Shown here one piece after another: positions 37,578-49,736 of a stretch of DNA of 64,000 nt. Position 1 is the first letter of the stretch, and every line of letters begins with the position of its first letter. The notes below the pieces were generated by a model that saw only the letters and a program-made list of their open reading frames with translations, did no database searches and was not told where the DNA came from. Origin of the DNA: Utricularia gibba (Eukaryota; Plantae; Magnoliophyta); NCBI GenBank assembly GCA_002189035.1, contig NEEC01000002.1:6262001-6326000 (forward strand). The letters run 5' to 3'. A program made the translations under genes and the position numbers.

Positions 37578-38391
37578 AAAAATCATTTTTTAAATCACAA
37601 TGTTTCAATCATTTTCATTTTACAGTCAAATATTTTAACTTGTGCAAAATTCACTCAACAAGTTTACAAATAAACTCAATTTATAGCATTTTGGCTAAAA
37701 AATATTTTAAAAATTTTTATAATTTGAGATATATATTTTTAAATATAACTAAAATTTAATATATATTTTTAAAAATATTTTAAATTTTTAAAAATTATTT
37801 TTCTCAATTTTTAATATTTCTTTTATGATATTTCCATCATCCAATTTTTTTAGATTGAAATACCTTAATATTAATATGTGAACATAAATAATGTTTTCTT
37901 ATCATTTTTCTAAAATACTACGTCATTTTCATATGTTTCTTCTTCGATTACACTAACTGTATCACATATACTAATAAGACTTTCATTTTGATACTTGAAT
38001 TTGCATAAATGTTTTTGATTAAAATTGAAATACGAAGAGATAAAGGAAGTTTTGTGTATAGAATTATTATTTATATAATACCATTTTGTAGGAAATTATA
38101 AAAAATGAAACTAGAAAAAAATTATAATAATTTTTCATAATTTTTTAGTATTTTTTAAATATATTTTTTAAAATTTTCAATATTTTTTAAAAATGTATAT
38201 TAAATTTTAATTCTCTTTAAAAATATTTATCTCAAATTTTAAAAATTTTAAAAATTTTAAAAATAGTTTTTAACCGATATGCCATAAATTGAATTTATTG
38301 ATAAACTTATTGACTGTATTTTGCATAAATTAAAGTGTTTGATTGTAAAATGAAAATATGTAAAACATTATGACTTAAAAAACGATTTTTT
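37578..38391. mobile_element. AT-rich foldback element with long inverted arms (non-autonomous DNA transposon relic, MULE/foldback-like)
   Basis: 37578-~37800 is the reverse complement of ~38165-38391. Hand alignment of the outer ~122 bp gives ~82% ungapped identity, mostly transitions. No ORF; TSD not resolved. Confidence 0.7.
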
Positions 38392-39326
38392 CAATTATAT
38401 TTATTTCTAATGTACCCTATAAAATTTGATGTAAAACCACTCTTAATATAATTGTATCAAAATACTTACAATATAACTTTTTTGTTTCTTTGTAGTTATT
38501 GAAATGCTTATGCCAATTGAGCATGAAGTATCCTATTTTTTTTTATAGTGAAAGATATTTCTTCACTAGCATCCGATACATCAATATCACAAGGAGTTTA
38601 CTTTTCATTTATTTTGTCATACTTTAATGTGATTTCGCTATCAATGTTTACTTGGAAAATCATTATTAATTATCTCAAAAGTCTCAAATTTGAAAAATAA
38701 TGAAAATTTTAAATATTATGTTAATGGACTAACATTTTAGGCCCAACCCGTTTGACCTATAATTGGGATCCGTACTCATCAAATGTTGACCCGTTATGTA
38801 CTCATGTGTACAAGTCATAGGTGATTTTGAAAAATATTCTCTATGAATTGAAGTTGTGATAAATCTATCTATTCTATGTATATTTTGTTGTGCGTGGTAT
38901 ATGTAAGAGAAATGAAGTATGTATAAATTTAAAAACGATCTATACAGGTCACACCTGTCACCTTTAGGCTACTTTTACTAGTTAGATCATGCAATTTTTT
39001 CTATAAGTCAAATGTAACATGTTAAGTGTTAGATCATTTGATTTTACGAGAAATCAGATTCGTTAGATCATGTAGTTATATAATATAAGCCAATGTAGTT
39101 ATGAGTTAATTTACCTTCTTTTACTTGACTTGGTGATTACACATTAAAACAAAAATTTATATTAAATAATGATAATTATGCGAAATTAAAAAAAAACGAT
39201 TAAAAAAGCTTCTATAATTCTGGACCCCCTTCGCCTCCCCCTCCCCGCCCACGTGCCACGTATTCCTATCAAAAGTAGGAGTCCCCCGGAGTCGGGGTGT
39301 CGGGATTGACGAAAAAGACAATAGGA

Positions 39327-41715
39327 ATGAGGATACACGGTGAGCTCTTGCCGTTGGCGCTGCTCTTCCTGTTGGAAGCCGCAAGTTTTGGCGATGGAGG
39401 CTCTCAGATCAGATTTCTTCCTGGGTTTGAAGGTCCTCTTCCCTTCTATCTCGAAACAGGGTTGGTAAATAAGTATCTCCTGCTCTGTATTCTTCGTGCT
39501 TCTATACGTTTCTGATGATGAAAGAAGATGAGGACTAGGTATATTGGGGTCGGCGAAGAAGAAAAGGTGCAGCTATTTTACTATTTTTGTAAGTCGTCGG
39601 GGGCTGAACCCGAGAAAGATCCTCTCATGCTTTGGTTGACAGGAGGCCCTGGGTGCTCTGTTCTCTCCGCCGTTTTGTATGAAAATGGTTAGGTTGATTC
39701 TTGTGGGTATTGCGCCGGACTTTGATTTACCAACAAAGGTGATGCCTTTCTTTCAGGGCCTTTGTTTTTCAATCTGTCGACTAGAAATGCTGGGGGGTAT
39801 CCCGGATTTGGCTTGAATCCATATTCGTGGACACAGGTTGGGAATTTTAGTTTATTGGGTGTGTATATGATGGGCGGCTTATAATTTGTGCGTGCTTCTT
39901 TATTACAGGAAGTAAACATCTTGTTCTTGGATTCCCCTGTTGGAACTGGTTTTTCTTATGGTAAGACAGATGAGGCTACCAATGCAACACATTTGCAGTC
40001 CTGTGAACAAGCTTATGTGTTTCTCCAAAAGGTTTGTTGGTTTTTCTAGCCGACATCAAACTCATCTCTGTATGTCTTTGCATATGTTATTCACAGTTGA
40101 GTTCCTTATTCTGCAGTGGCTACTTGATCATGCCGAGTTCGCCTCGAGCCCTTTTTATGTTGCAGGAGATTCATTTAGTGGAGCCACAGTGCCAGTTATT
40201 GCCAGGATGGTAGCTGATGGTGAGAACAATTAAACCCCTTTGGTTGATCATATTCAGCATCTTTGAGTAGCTTTTTCCTTGGTTTCGTGGTGAAGGAAAT
40301 GATCTGGGAATCGCGCCTAAGTTCAACCTCAAAGTGTGTGATTCTGACCTTCGCTCACCCCTCTCAAGTTTCAAGAATAAATTTTCCACTTTGTAAACAC
40401 TAGGGATACGTGTTGGGTGATCCAGTCACCTTCAATGAACAATTGAACTACAGGATACCGTTTGCTTTTGGAATGGGACTCATCTCCCCGGAACTTTACC
40501 AGGTTTCTCAGGTTTCATAAAACATAACCAGTTGTTGACTCTCGCTTCAGTACTACCCTTTTCTTGTTTCAGTCTTTGGAGCATAACTGCAATGGAGAGT
40601 ACTATACAGAAGATGCTATGAACAAACCGTGTTTGGACGATCTCAATACTTTCCATGAGGCAAGATATCAATCCCAACTCCTCATTACATTTTTCTCTGT
40701 GTACTCCTGTGTTTGAGACATACTTTTTCATGTAGTAGTTGGTGGATCTTTTGAATATTGATAATGTGTTTGAGGCCACATGTCCATCTGCTTCTATGAG
40801 AAGAGATATGAGTGAGGTTCATGATGACGAAAAGAACTGGGAAATCAGATGCCGAGTAACTTTCAAAGCCTTTATTTTGCATTCATGATGTTGTGTGTTG
40901 TTCCCATCTCAAGTCTGGGTTGATTCACCAGAGAGACACCTATAAATTTTGTGTATCTTGGGCCAATGATCCCAGTGTCCGCAAGTCCCTTCACATCCAG
41001 AAGGTAAAACAGAACCTTTTCTTCTGTTTCAGACACCAAGAATAATGCAGCTTGATCATGATGCAGGGAAGCAGAGAAACATGGATGAAGTGCAACACTA
41101 ACATAAACGTTACCGCAGATTTTCCAAACATGATTCCGTATCACAGGAATCTGACATCGAGGGGATATCGATCTCTTATTTACAGGCAAGAATCGAACCT
41201 TACACTCCACTGTGTGGACAAAAACCAAATAATCAACAAGCTTGATCTGTTGCCATTGAAAAAAAAAAAAAAAAAAACAAGTTTGATCAACTTTTTCTAC
41301 GTTGCTTGTGCATTCAGTGGCAATTTTGACCTTAAAATCCCCACACTGTCAACTCTGGCATGGATAAGTTCTCTCAACTCTCCTGTGGTAGAAAACTGGA
41401 GGCCATGGTTCGTCGATGGACAAATCAGCGGGTAGTTTCTCTGATACAAACGTCTAAAAGCAACCACAGGTTTTTCTTTTTCTCAAGTTGTTTCCCTGAC
41501 GTTCTGCAGATACACAAGAAGCTATGCCAACAAGATGACATATGCCACTGTCTTGGTGAGTACCCCGAAACTTGCAAGCAAAATGTTTCAAACAGGTCTG
41601 CTCATTTGCTGGTGTTGATTGGTATTTGCAGGTAGCAGGGCACATACCTCCCGAGAACCGGCCTAAAGAAACTCATGTCATGTTTAAGAGATGGATTTCG
41701 GACAGCCCCTTGTGA
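39327..41715 (+). CDS. Serine carboxypeptidase-like protein, clade IA (acyltransferase type); 14 exons
   Basis: Signal peptide, [48 protein letters not shown]. Catalytic triad: Ser in GDSFSG, Asp in SGNFD, His in AGH. Ends [11 protein letters not shown]. Two introns need GC donors (40660, 41186). Confidence 0.9.
41235..41288 (+). mobile_element. Tiny 5'-truncated poly(A) retro-insertion with 13-bp target-site duplication in an SCPL intron
   Basis: AACAAGCTTGATC - TGTTGCCATTG(A)17 - AACAAGTTTGATC (direct repeats 12/13 identical). The homologous intron of the pseudo-copy has a single GAGCTTGATC (41943-41952) and no insert. Confidence 0.65.
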
Positions 41716-41821
41716 TCATGACCATAAAACGGAAAACCCTGTCCTTGTGTGATGAGACTACTAATCCCTGTCATCCAATTTTAGTGTTTGCGCTTTGGAA
41801 ACTCATGAAATAAACTCTATT

Positions 41822-42261
41822 GATCTTTATCCCTGAATGGTCCCATTTCACAAAAAGCTGACTTCCAGATGCCAGAGCCCTCTGATTTACCGGCAGGCAA
41901 GAATCAAACTTAATATGTAGAAGAAAAACCAGTTTACTCCACGAGCTTGATCAATTTTTTTTCTGCTGCGTTTTTTGTGCACCCAGTGCCCATGAGTCCC
42001 CACAGCGCCAACGATCGCATGGATTATTTCTCTCAAATAACCAGATAACTAAAGCGCTTCACAGTTGCCACATTGAAATGTTTGATACATTCTGCAGACA
42101 TACAGCGAACTTCGAGAACCAGATGACATACGCGACTCTTTTGGCAGGAACGCCCAGCCACCTTTGCCTCATTTTCAGGGAGGAGCGCATAAGGCTCCCG
42201 TGACTCGGCCTAAGGAAAGCCATAGCATGTTAATGAGGTGGATTTCCCGCAACCCTTGTGA
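41822..42261 (+). pseudogene. Decayed partial tandem duplicate of the last four SCPL exons
   Basis: MVPFHKKLTSRCQSPLIY followed by the same GCAAGAATC donor, VPTAPTIAWIISLK* (TAA 42038), HTANFENQMTYATLL, GGAHKAPVTRPKESHSMLMRWISRNP. In-frame TGA at 41834, last intron only 35 nt, no 5' exons. Confidence 0.85.
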
Positions 42262-43663
42262 TAATGACGATGAAGAAGCAAGTGTCAAAGTCTTCATACC
42301 TCTAGCTCTAGCTCACTCCTTGTTTGAAATTTTACTATTTACTGGCCAAAACCAGGGAGTCTCTTTAATTTATGTTTCCTGCAACTTCTTCTCCTAAAGA
42401 AGGTGCTTCAGAACTTGGAAGCACTTCTCTAGATTTCCCAAGTTTGGCTCCAACTACAATATTTTGCGGGAGTTCATTCTCCAACTCCAAAAGGTCTCTG
42501 TTTTTGAATATGGAAGTTTAGTGAAATTTTAGAGAGTAAATTTTCTTTTTTCATGGAAACAAGCTTTTCATGTTCCTTCTTCCTGCACTGCACGTGTGGT
42601 TATGAATCCATCCAATAATTGGGGTGCTGTAAGTGGAGTTGCTCACCGCAACGAAACTCATGACAATCCTTTGACCAACAATAAAATAGTAACTAACCAA
42701 CATTATGCACATGAAACTTTATTTTACACTTACCATGCTTTTTTGTCTTTCCGATATCCACGAAAAACTCAAACCAGTATCATTTTCCATCTCTTCATCA
42801 ATCGCCATCCCCTTAGGATCCCAATGTATGTATTTAACAGAGCACAGGCATGCTGCTCAGTACTCTATTTCATGGTTAAAACAAGGACTGGTCACCATGA
42901 GGCCAAAGGGACAGCTCTGTGTCCTTGTCATTTCCAAGTCTGAGGCCTGGCCTCACACACACATGTATGCATATAAATATGCAACAGGCACACATGAGGA
43001 GGGTGCTACCTCTTGTGTCTGTAGCTGTCATTTGTACAGAGTTGCGCTTTGTTAGGAAAACAAGGAATGCAGTTCTAGTTAGGCATAGTTTGTGTTTGCT
43101 TCCTATTGGATTCTTATCAAACTATGAACTAATGGTTTTCCGTCCTCTTCAAAACAGGATAGGATAATCCAACTGGCTCTGTCTCGAGTCCCATTGCATA
43201 TGGACTGTGCTTTGGTTGGGACTTCATGGAGGGAGTTGTCTCTCTTAAGGTCTTTGATGGATAACTCATGAAGGTCTGGTCATATTGTGTCACTTTCAGT
43301 CAGCATTAAAGATGATGGATTCATATCATAAAGCTGTGACTTCTCCTTTCATATGGTGTGTTGCTCCCTAGTCAGACATATTAAATACAGTTGAAAGATT
43401 CAGTTTTCATTGTTTTTTTTTCCCTATCTCTATCTCTCTCTCTTCTCTTTTTTAACTTCATATTTACATTTATGAACCGGGTTGTTCCCTACTGAATGGA
43501 CAGAGCAAGAAATAGGTAAACTATACAAATGTAAATAGATTACAGAGATGCAGCAGCTCATATTCTCCCCATTCTCTTAATTTTCCTCACAGAATCAAAA
43601 CCTAGATTCTTCTTGATATTTTCAGTAGAACAAAAAATAAAAAGCTTCACACTTGTGCTATTC

Positions 43664-44366
43664 TCACTGCCTCTTCCTTCCTAGAGAACCTCCTGGTAAA
43701 GAAAGTCAAATCAGGGGTTGAAGCCTTTGAGGGAAACAAAATATGTTGGAAAACTGACCTGATTTCTTTTTACAATATTTGGGAAGACTAGTTTGCTTCT
43801 TTGATGTTGATTCATCCTACAAACACAGTTTCCATGTTAAGGAAACGAAAAAAGAAACTGGCAAGAGAAGAGAGTAAAAAGTCAGCACCTCTAAATACGC
43901 AGCAGCAAAGATATCTTCATGGTAATTGTAGGGAGTCATTGATCCATTCTGAAAATACAACTGAACCTCAAAAGGGCATTCACAAGACAAGAGCAACAGA
44001 AATATACCAGTTGCTCCATGCCATTATTTATTTTCATTCATATAATACCTGGGAGAAATTATTGGTTGGAGAGCTGGCAGTGTCATCAAGGAGCAACCTC
44101 TGCTGCTTCTCGGAAAGGGTATCTTTGCTGCTAGTTTTCTTCTTCCCTTTCTTCATATCTCTGTGTTTCTGCAAGTTCGAAGGCCCCGAGGTTGCATCTG
44201 AGACAGTTGATAAATCTTCATCTTGATCCTCAATCATACAACCGCCTTTTTCTTCACAAGTGGTGATACATGTTCTGCTCCAAGTAGCAGTGAAATTTGA
44301 AAGTTGATCAAAGTAAGTAGTCCAACCAGATTCACATCCACTGCTATACTCAGAGGATCTATTCAT
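43664..44366 (-). CDS. SOFL: SOB FIVE-LIKE (SOFL5/6-type) protein; 4 exons
   Basis: SSGCESGWTTYFD, EDLSTVSDATSGP and LLDDTASSP motifs in exon 44366-44049. Three further GT-AG exons end in GGSLGRKRQ* at 43664; these 3' exons are less certain. Confidence 0.8.
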
Positions 44367-46406
44367 TCTCCTCCCAAAACCTGAAAACCTCTTCTCAATG
44401 AATGTGAAGTTGAAGGGAGTGAAGGGGTGGTTCTGTCCAGAGTTTGTCTTTGCCTATTTATAAGAAGCAAGAGAGCCCAAGGCTTGACTCCTGTGTAAAT
44501 CTATTTCAAGAAGAATTAAACTTGCCAGTTGTCATGGTCATTGTGGGTTGGGGCGGTGGGATTAAGGAGAGGGATTGGTCATTTTCAAAGTGATAGTGGT
44601 ATCACAAGGTGGCCTCTGTGAACCTCAAAGTACTCATTTTCCTACAATGTTGACCATCACTTTTCACAGAGTAGTCAGACTTTGGGGGTCAGGATCCTGG
44701 GATATAAACTCCTAATGATGGATCAAGAAATCTAAAAGAACTGTTGCTGGTAAAAGATATCAAGTTCAAGTGGTAAAAGTACCAGGGACACAAGTTCCTA
44801 CAAAACAAGCATATCATCAAGCAACAAAAATCACTAAACAACAAAACTACAGCAGGTCCCACTGCATATGCCATCCCTTGCATTCTGTGAATTCAACACA
44901 GACACATACTACAATTCCTAGCAACAGCATGCATTTTAAGTTTGGATCATTGGTTTCTTATCAAGATAAGGTTTCACTGCCAGGGAAGTGCCTAGTCATG
45001 GACTTTGAGACACAAGGATTCGTCACTCACATGTAAAGTACATGCGAAAGGCCCTGTTTAATCAGCTTATACCACAATAGGAGTTGCCATACAGCTATCA
45101 GATGCATAACTATTCCTGAAATCTGTGGTCCAAAACTGTACTTTCACTTCCACGTGCTCTTTTCTTCCTGTTGATGCCCTATGATAGAAGGGTGAGCTGT
45201 TCAAATAATGAAGTCTGATAATATAAGAAAATGAATTGTGCTTTCCTCCCCAAAAACATATAAGAAAATCAACTCTGGTCCACATAATAGGAATCCAATC
45301 CCTGTCACTTGCCATTTTTCTTGAGAAGGTTTGTTCCCCTAGTTTCTGTAAAAGGATAAAAAAGGATCATCTTCCTCTACTCAGCATCACATATTGCGAG
45401 AAAAGCTACGCCTTTCTCACTAAAACCAAGCAATGCCAATCAGCAGAATAGAAAGAAAAACAACCAATTTGGCTTCTCTTCCCGCCCCCACAGAAAGATC
45501 CAAAACACACTGCCCAACTCACTTAACCAACCATTCTTTAGAATTTTCAAATCATAAATGATTAAAGAGCACCAATCCCAACTATTAGATTCTTCTAATC
45601 ACCACCCACATCACATCATTGCATCGCCTACCCACACGCATACATACATGATCCAAAAACTTGAATGTCATAACAACTGGTTGCAAGCTGATCAGGTTTA
45701 GCGCGTAATCTTGGTACAGACAAGATGAGAAAAGTATGGAAATTGATTCAGCTACACGAAGATGGAGGGGCACATGCAGATCTTAATTGGGGGTTGGACA
45801 AAGACCACCCATATCCCGATTTCTCACCCACTCGTGAGGCGCAAGTGGTGATCTCGGTGCATGATTGTTCTAGTCTTCCTCGCCATTTGGCTCCATTCCC
45901 TCACCTGATTCTACGCGTTTTCAAGATTGCTACAGAAACCCATTTTACGCGAATTGATTTCCTAATCATCGATCCTACAAACTCATTGGGCTGGCACCTT
46001 GTACACATAGCCTAAGCCTATGGGTAATGGTGAGTAGTACGGCTCCTTGCTATCACACGCATACGGCATTTGGAAAACAAATGCTTGTCCCAGAAACAAG
46101 GGAAAAGAAGCTTTGTAAAGAAAGGATGTAACTTGTTGAATGGTAATTCCATCTGAAATTTATACTGCAATTTTTGTGGGTGATCGTTTGAAATATCATC
46201 CACAATTCAGAAGAATCGAATCTTGATCTGGGGAATTGGGAATATGCCATGGAGAAGAAGGCATCAATGCAAGTTATTTTATAAGATGAGTCGCTCCGTT
46301 GAAATTGAACCCAAAAAAAGTGTAGCTGGAGCTAGAAGAACCGTTCAATGTTCCCCAAATTTCGCAGACCCATTTTCTCTGGAGGTCGAAAACTGGGGAT
46401 GGATCC

Positions 46407-46484
46407 AATTGCTGAGTCAAGATTCAACTTTTCATAACCGAATGTGAGAATTCCTGAGTCAAGATTCAACTTTTCATAACCGAA
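46407..46484 (+). repeat. 36-bp direct duplication (period 42) just upstream of the F-box ATG; each copy contains TGAGTCA
   Basis: CTGAGTCAAGATTCAACTTTTCATAACCGAA is identical at 46412-46442 and 46454-46484, each preceded by AATT(G/C). Confidence 0.92.
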
Positions 46485-46490
46485 GGGAAA

Positions 46491-47889
46491 ATGGAGGCGG
46501 ATCTACCGGTGTCATTCGTCGATTTCCCGGAGGATGTGCAGCTGTGTATCCTATCGTTCCTCCTCCCTACGGAGCTGGCCGCATTCGCCGCAACATGCAG
46601 GAGCTTCGTCACTCTCTATCGTAACGACCAGCGTCTATGGTTCTCGATGTGCCACCGCCGATGGGGATCGAAAACCCTAATCAAAAAATGGGGGATGGCA
46701 GAATTTCTTATAGGCGTCTCTATCGCATTCTCGAAGAACTCGAGAATCTGATCGGATTTTGGCGTCGGAGCGGTAACAACCGCACGTCGTCGCCCCCGCT
46801 CGTGTGCTTTGAATGGGGCCAATCCAGCATTACCGGCTCGAGGATTTCACCGTCCAAAAGTCAAGGTTATGCAGTGATCAAGAAGCCATTTTTGTGGATG
46901 AGCGTTTCCTCAGATGGGGAGGCTGTGAATTACATTGACCCCGATGGGAGATTCTCGCCAATGGAGGATGGTTTGTTGACTGAATCAGAGCTGATGGAGA
47001 ATGAATTAACTCGTGTAAATGTAAGCTTCATAGGGGAAAACCATTTCGTGGTAGAGGAAAGCTTTGGGCTTTCTGGCTTCACCAGAGCTTCTAGTAGTAT
47101 GCGTGGAGAAGATAATGAAGATATATATGGTTCTCCACCAGCTGAAATATACCATTATTTCGCAAATCGAACCAGCCCTTCTGGTAATGGCTCTTCAAGG
47201 AGACAGAGGAAGAAGGAGAAGCTGAAACAGATGAGAAAAATGGAACCTGAACATTTTGTCAAAATAGTGAATTGCTCGCCCACACCTTCCAGGCCATTGC
47301 AGGGTCTGTGGAAGGTAAAATCTTTTGCGAGTCTGGATATAATCTTGCTGCATTGTCACATGTTCGTAATGTTTTTGCAAGAGTTTCATTACGTAAAATC
47401 TCCAGATTTGTTCACTAGACGTATTCCATTATTGATGCTGCAGGGAATGGGTGACAAAGAAACCTTGAATTTATATCTGGTGTCCTACGATGATGTAGGG
47501 GGCTTGCTTGCCGAAAAGTTGGCAATTCAAACACACCTTTCACTTATCATGCTCCCATGTTTTGGACATCAAGTTCAGTGATCATGAAATCTCCATTTTC
47601 ACCTGAAGAAGATAAGATATACAGCTCAAGGCTGCATTTGAGGCCGCCATGTGCATGTGTAGATGAGATGCTTGTTTCAGGTATGGTTTGCATGAACTCA
47701 AGCTACGACTTGGTAATTCCTGGCCTGGTGGGGAATGCTGTGAGCCTTCATCAGTTTGAGGGTCGAATATGGCTTTATGAAGATGGAACATTTGGATTCG
47801 GATTTCTCCGGGATGATTTTATTGTAGACATGAAACATGTAGCAAAAGATGGACAGATAGTGGATGCTGTGGAACCTGATGATCATTGA
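46491..47889 (+). CDS. F-box protein (At3g12350-like); 2 exons; -1 frameshifts at G5 runs 46690-46694 and 47498-47502
   Basis: F-box SFVDFPEDVQLCILSFL, RRWGSKT.I.KWG, ENLIGFWR, PEHFVKIVNCSPTPSRPLQGLWK, GRIWLYEDGTFGFGFLRD. Continuity needs one G restored at each run. Confidence 0.88.
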
Positions 47890-48291
47890 TGGATCCATCG
47901 CTTTCCTTGTGTAATTTAGGACAGTGTTGCAATGTAGATACTTCCATTGTAGGAGATTGATTTGCATTTCTCGTTTATAGAAGCGACTACCATTGTTTAT
48001 ACATTCCTCATCTCATCCCACATAAGTGCAGAAATTTAGTTTTGTTGTATGCTGAACATACAAGTTCGGTACCTTGTAAGATGTGATTATTTGCAGCAGA
48101 GTCGATATTGCAGTATCAGGAAGCCTTCCTTGTCTCTTGAGGAGGATTTCATTATACAAAACTCAAGTTCCAGAAATTCAAGAACATCAAGTAACATGAA
48201 TGCACTTCAAGTTCCTTGTCTCTTAGCTTAAAGAAAAGCTCCATGCACTGCAAATAAGAATCAAAGCAGTATTCTTTGTAAAGCCGGAGGA

Positions 48292-49304
48292 TTATTGTGA
48301 TTCTGCAGGGACAGGATGATCCTTATCATGGTCGCCCTCCAACTGACTCAAGTTGCCCTTCTCCTTTATAAGTTGAATGTGGTGGTGCTTGCAGTAGAGT
48401 CGACCCTCGTGCGCTATGTAGTTCGATGGACTGATAACACATCCTCCATGGCTGCATTTGAAACAGCTCTTGTGGTAGGCCGTTCCATTCACAGAAACCT
48501 GCTCAAATTCACAGCACTGCGGTGTGAATAACAAGCTGGGATCGTAGAACAATTTTCCTTGTATGTGTTTCATTTACCTTTTCTGTGGGATAGACCGTGT
48601 TCTTACAGGCAAGACACTTGTCTCTTGTTCCAGCAAACATGTTAGAAACTTTGGCTGCATTAGGTTTCTGCAATGAAGATCAGAAGGCTATTAATTCTGC
48701 AGCAGAACACCTAAATCATTCCCAAATCAGCACCTCGATGTTTGCAGGTTTCTCAGGCTTTGCGATCTTGGGAGTTCCTGGTAAGAACGAACCAGCCAAA
48801 GTAAGTATCTTTCTGTAGAACAGAGGCCCGAAAATCGACTTAGTTGCAGGCACTACCTTCAAAGCTTTTATCCAGGCTACCGGTCCTCTTGAACAGCTGA
48901 TCAAAGTGTGGTCTGCAGTAGAGAACTCCCTCGAAGGAGTTGTAGTTGCCCAGCTGCGCACCCCAAAATGGTACGTGTTAGTTCCTGCCACAAGATCTAT
49001 CGAAAAACAACTGCTTGATCTAAAACCCCATAATATCAAACTAACAACTTGATATCACGAAGGAAACGGAATTGAATTTGCAAGATCTACCAGTTGAGAA
49101 TGTATAGATCATTGGGTTTCGAAAGCCTAAGAGACAATGAATCAAACAACTGAAGGGAAGGACACAAACCTTGAGAGTCCCCTTGCAGTGATGGCATCTG
49201 AAACAAGCCTTGTGGTAGATTCTGTTATCCGCAGTCAACTTGTCCACCAAATAAACAGTCTTATCACAAGCTGTGCATCTTTGGGTTGTTCCTGCAAACG
49301 CCAT
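48292..49304 (-). CDS. WLIM1: Two-LIM-domain actin-bundling protein; 5 exons
   Basis: MAFAGTTQRCTACDKTVYLVDKLTAD..YHKACFRCHHC, LGNYNSFEGVLYCRPHFDQLFKRTGSLDKSFEG, second LIM YHKSCFKCSHGGC...YCKHHHIQL. All exons in frame. Confidence 0.95.
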
Positions 49305-49736
49305 AGCTACGAAGCCGAGGTCTCAAAAACCCAGATTCGTTTTCTGGGTGTGAGTATCTGAGTGAATACAGAGGAGGAATCCTATTGATGTGCAGAGATA
49401 AGAAAGGAAAGTAAAGCGAAGTGAAGGGATAGCAGCGAAATTCAAGAGCCAGTTTTGTAGGTTGAGTGATTGAACCATCAATCATATGCTCCCCACACCA
49501 TCCAACTGCGTGTTTTTTTGGAATTAAAATTAAGTAATATTTGACTTTGGAATATTTGTCTTGATGAAGAAGACGCGTAGTTTTCATTGTGTTGAACGTT
49601 GGAGTCAGTCAACTCGTCTCTTTTAATGACTTCTTCTCCCCAGCGGTTCACATTTTCATCCTCTGTGGCACCGCAAGCTTCAACCTTGAAGAAGACGTAG
49701 CCTAGCTGTTTCATTGACATACCCTTCAGCTCTCCA

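Noticed and set aside
42990-43270. TATA box followed by a 57-aa ORF or possible spliced micro-ORF
   Set aside because: No homology recognised and weak splice donors; could be chance.
43665-43678. 13-nt match to miR408 (CACTGCCTCTTCC)
   Set aside because: Both ends mismatch, there is no star arm, and it is the antisense of the SOFL last exon.
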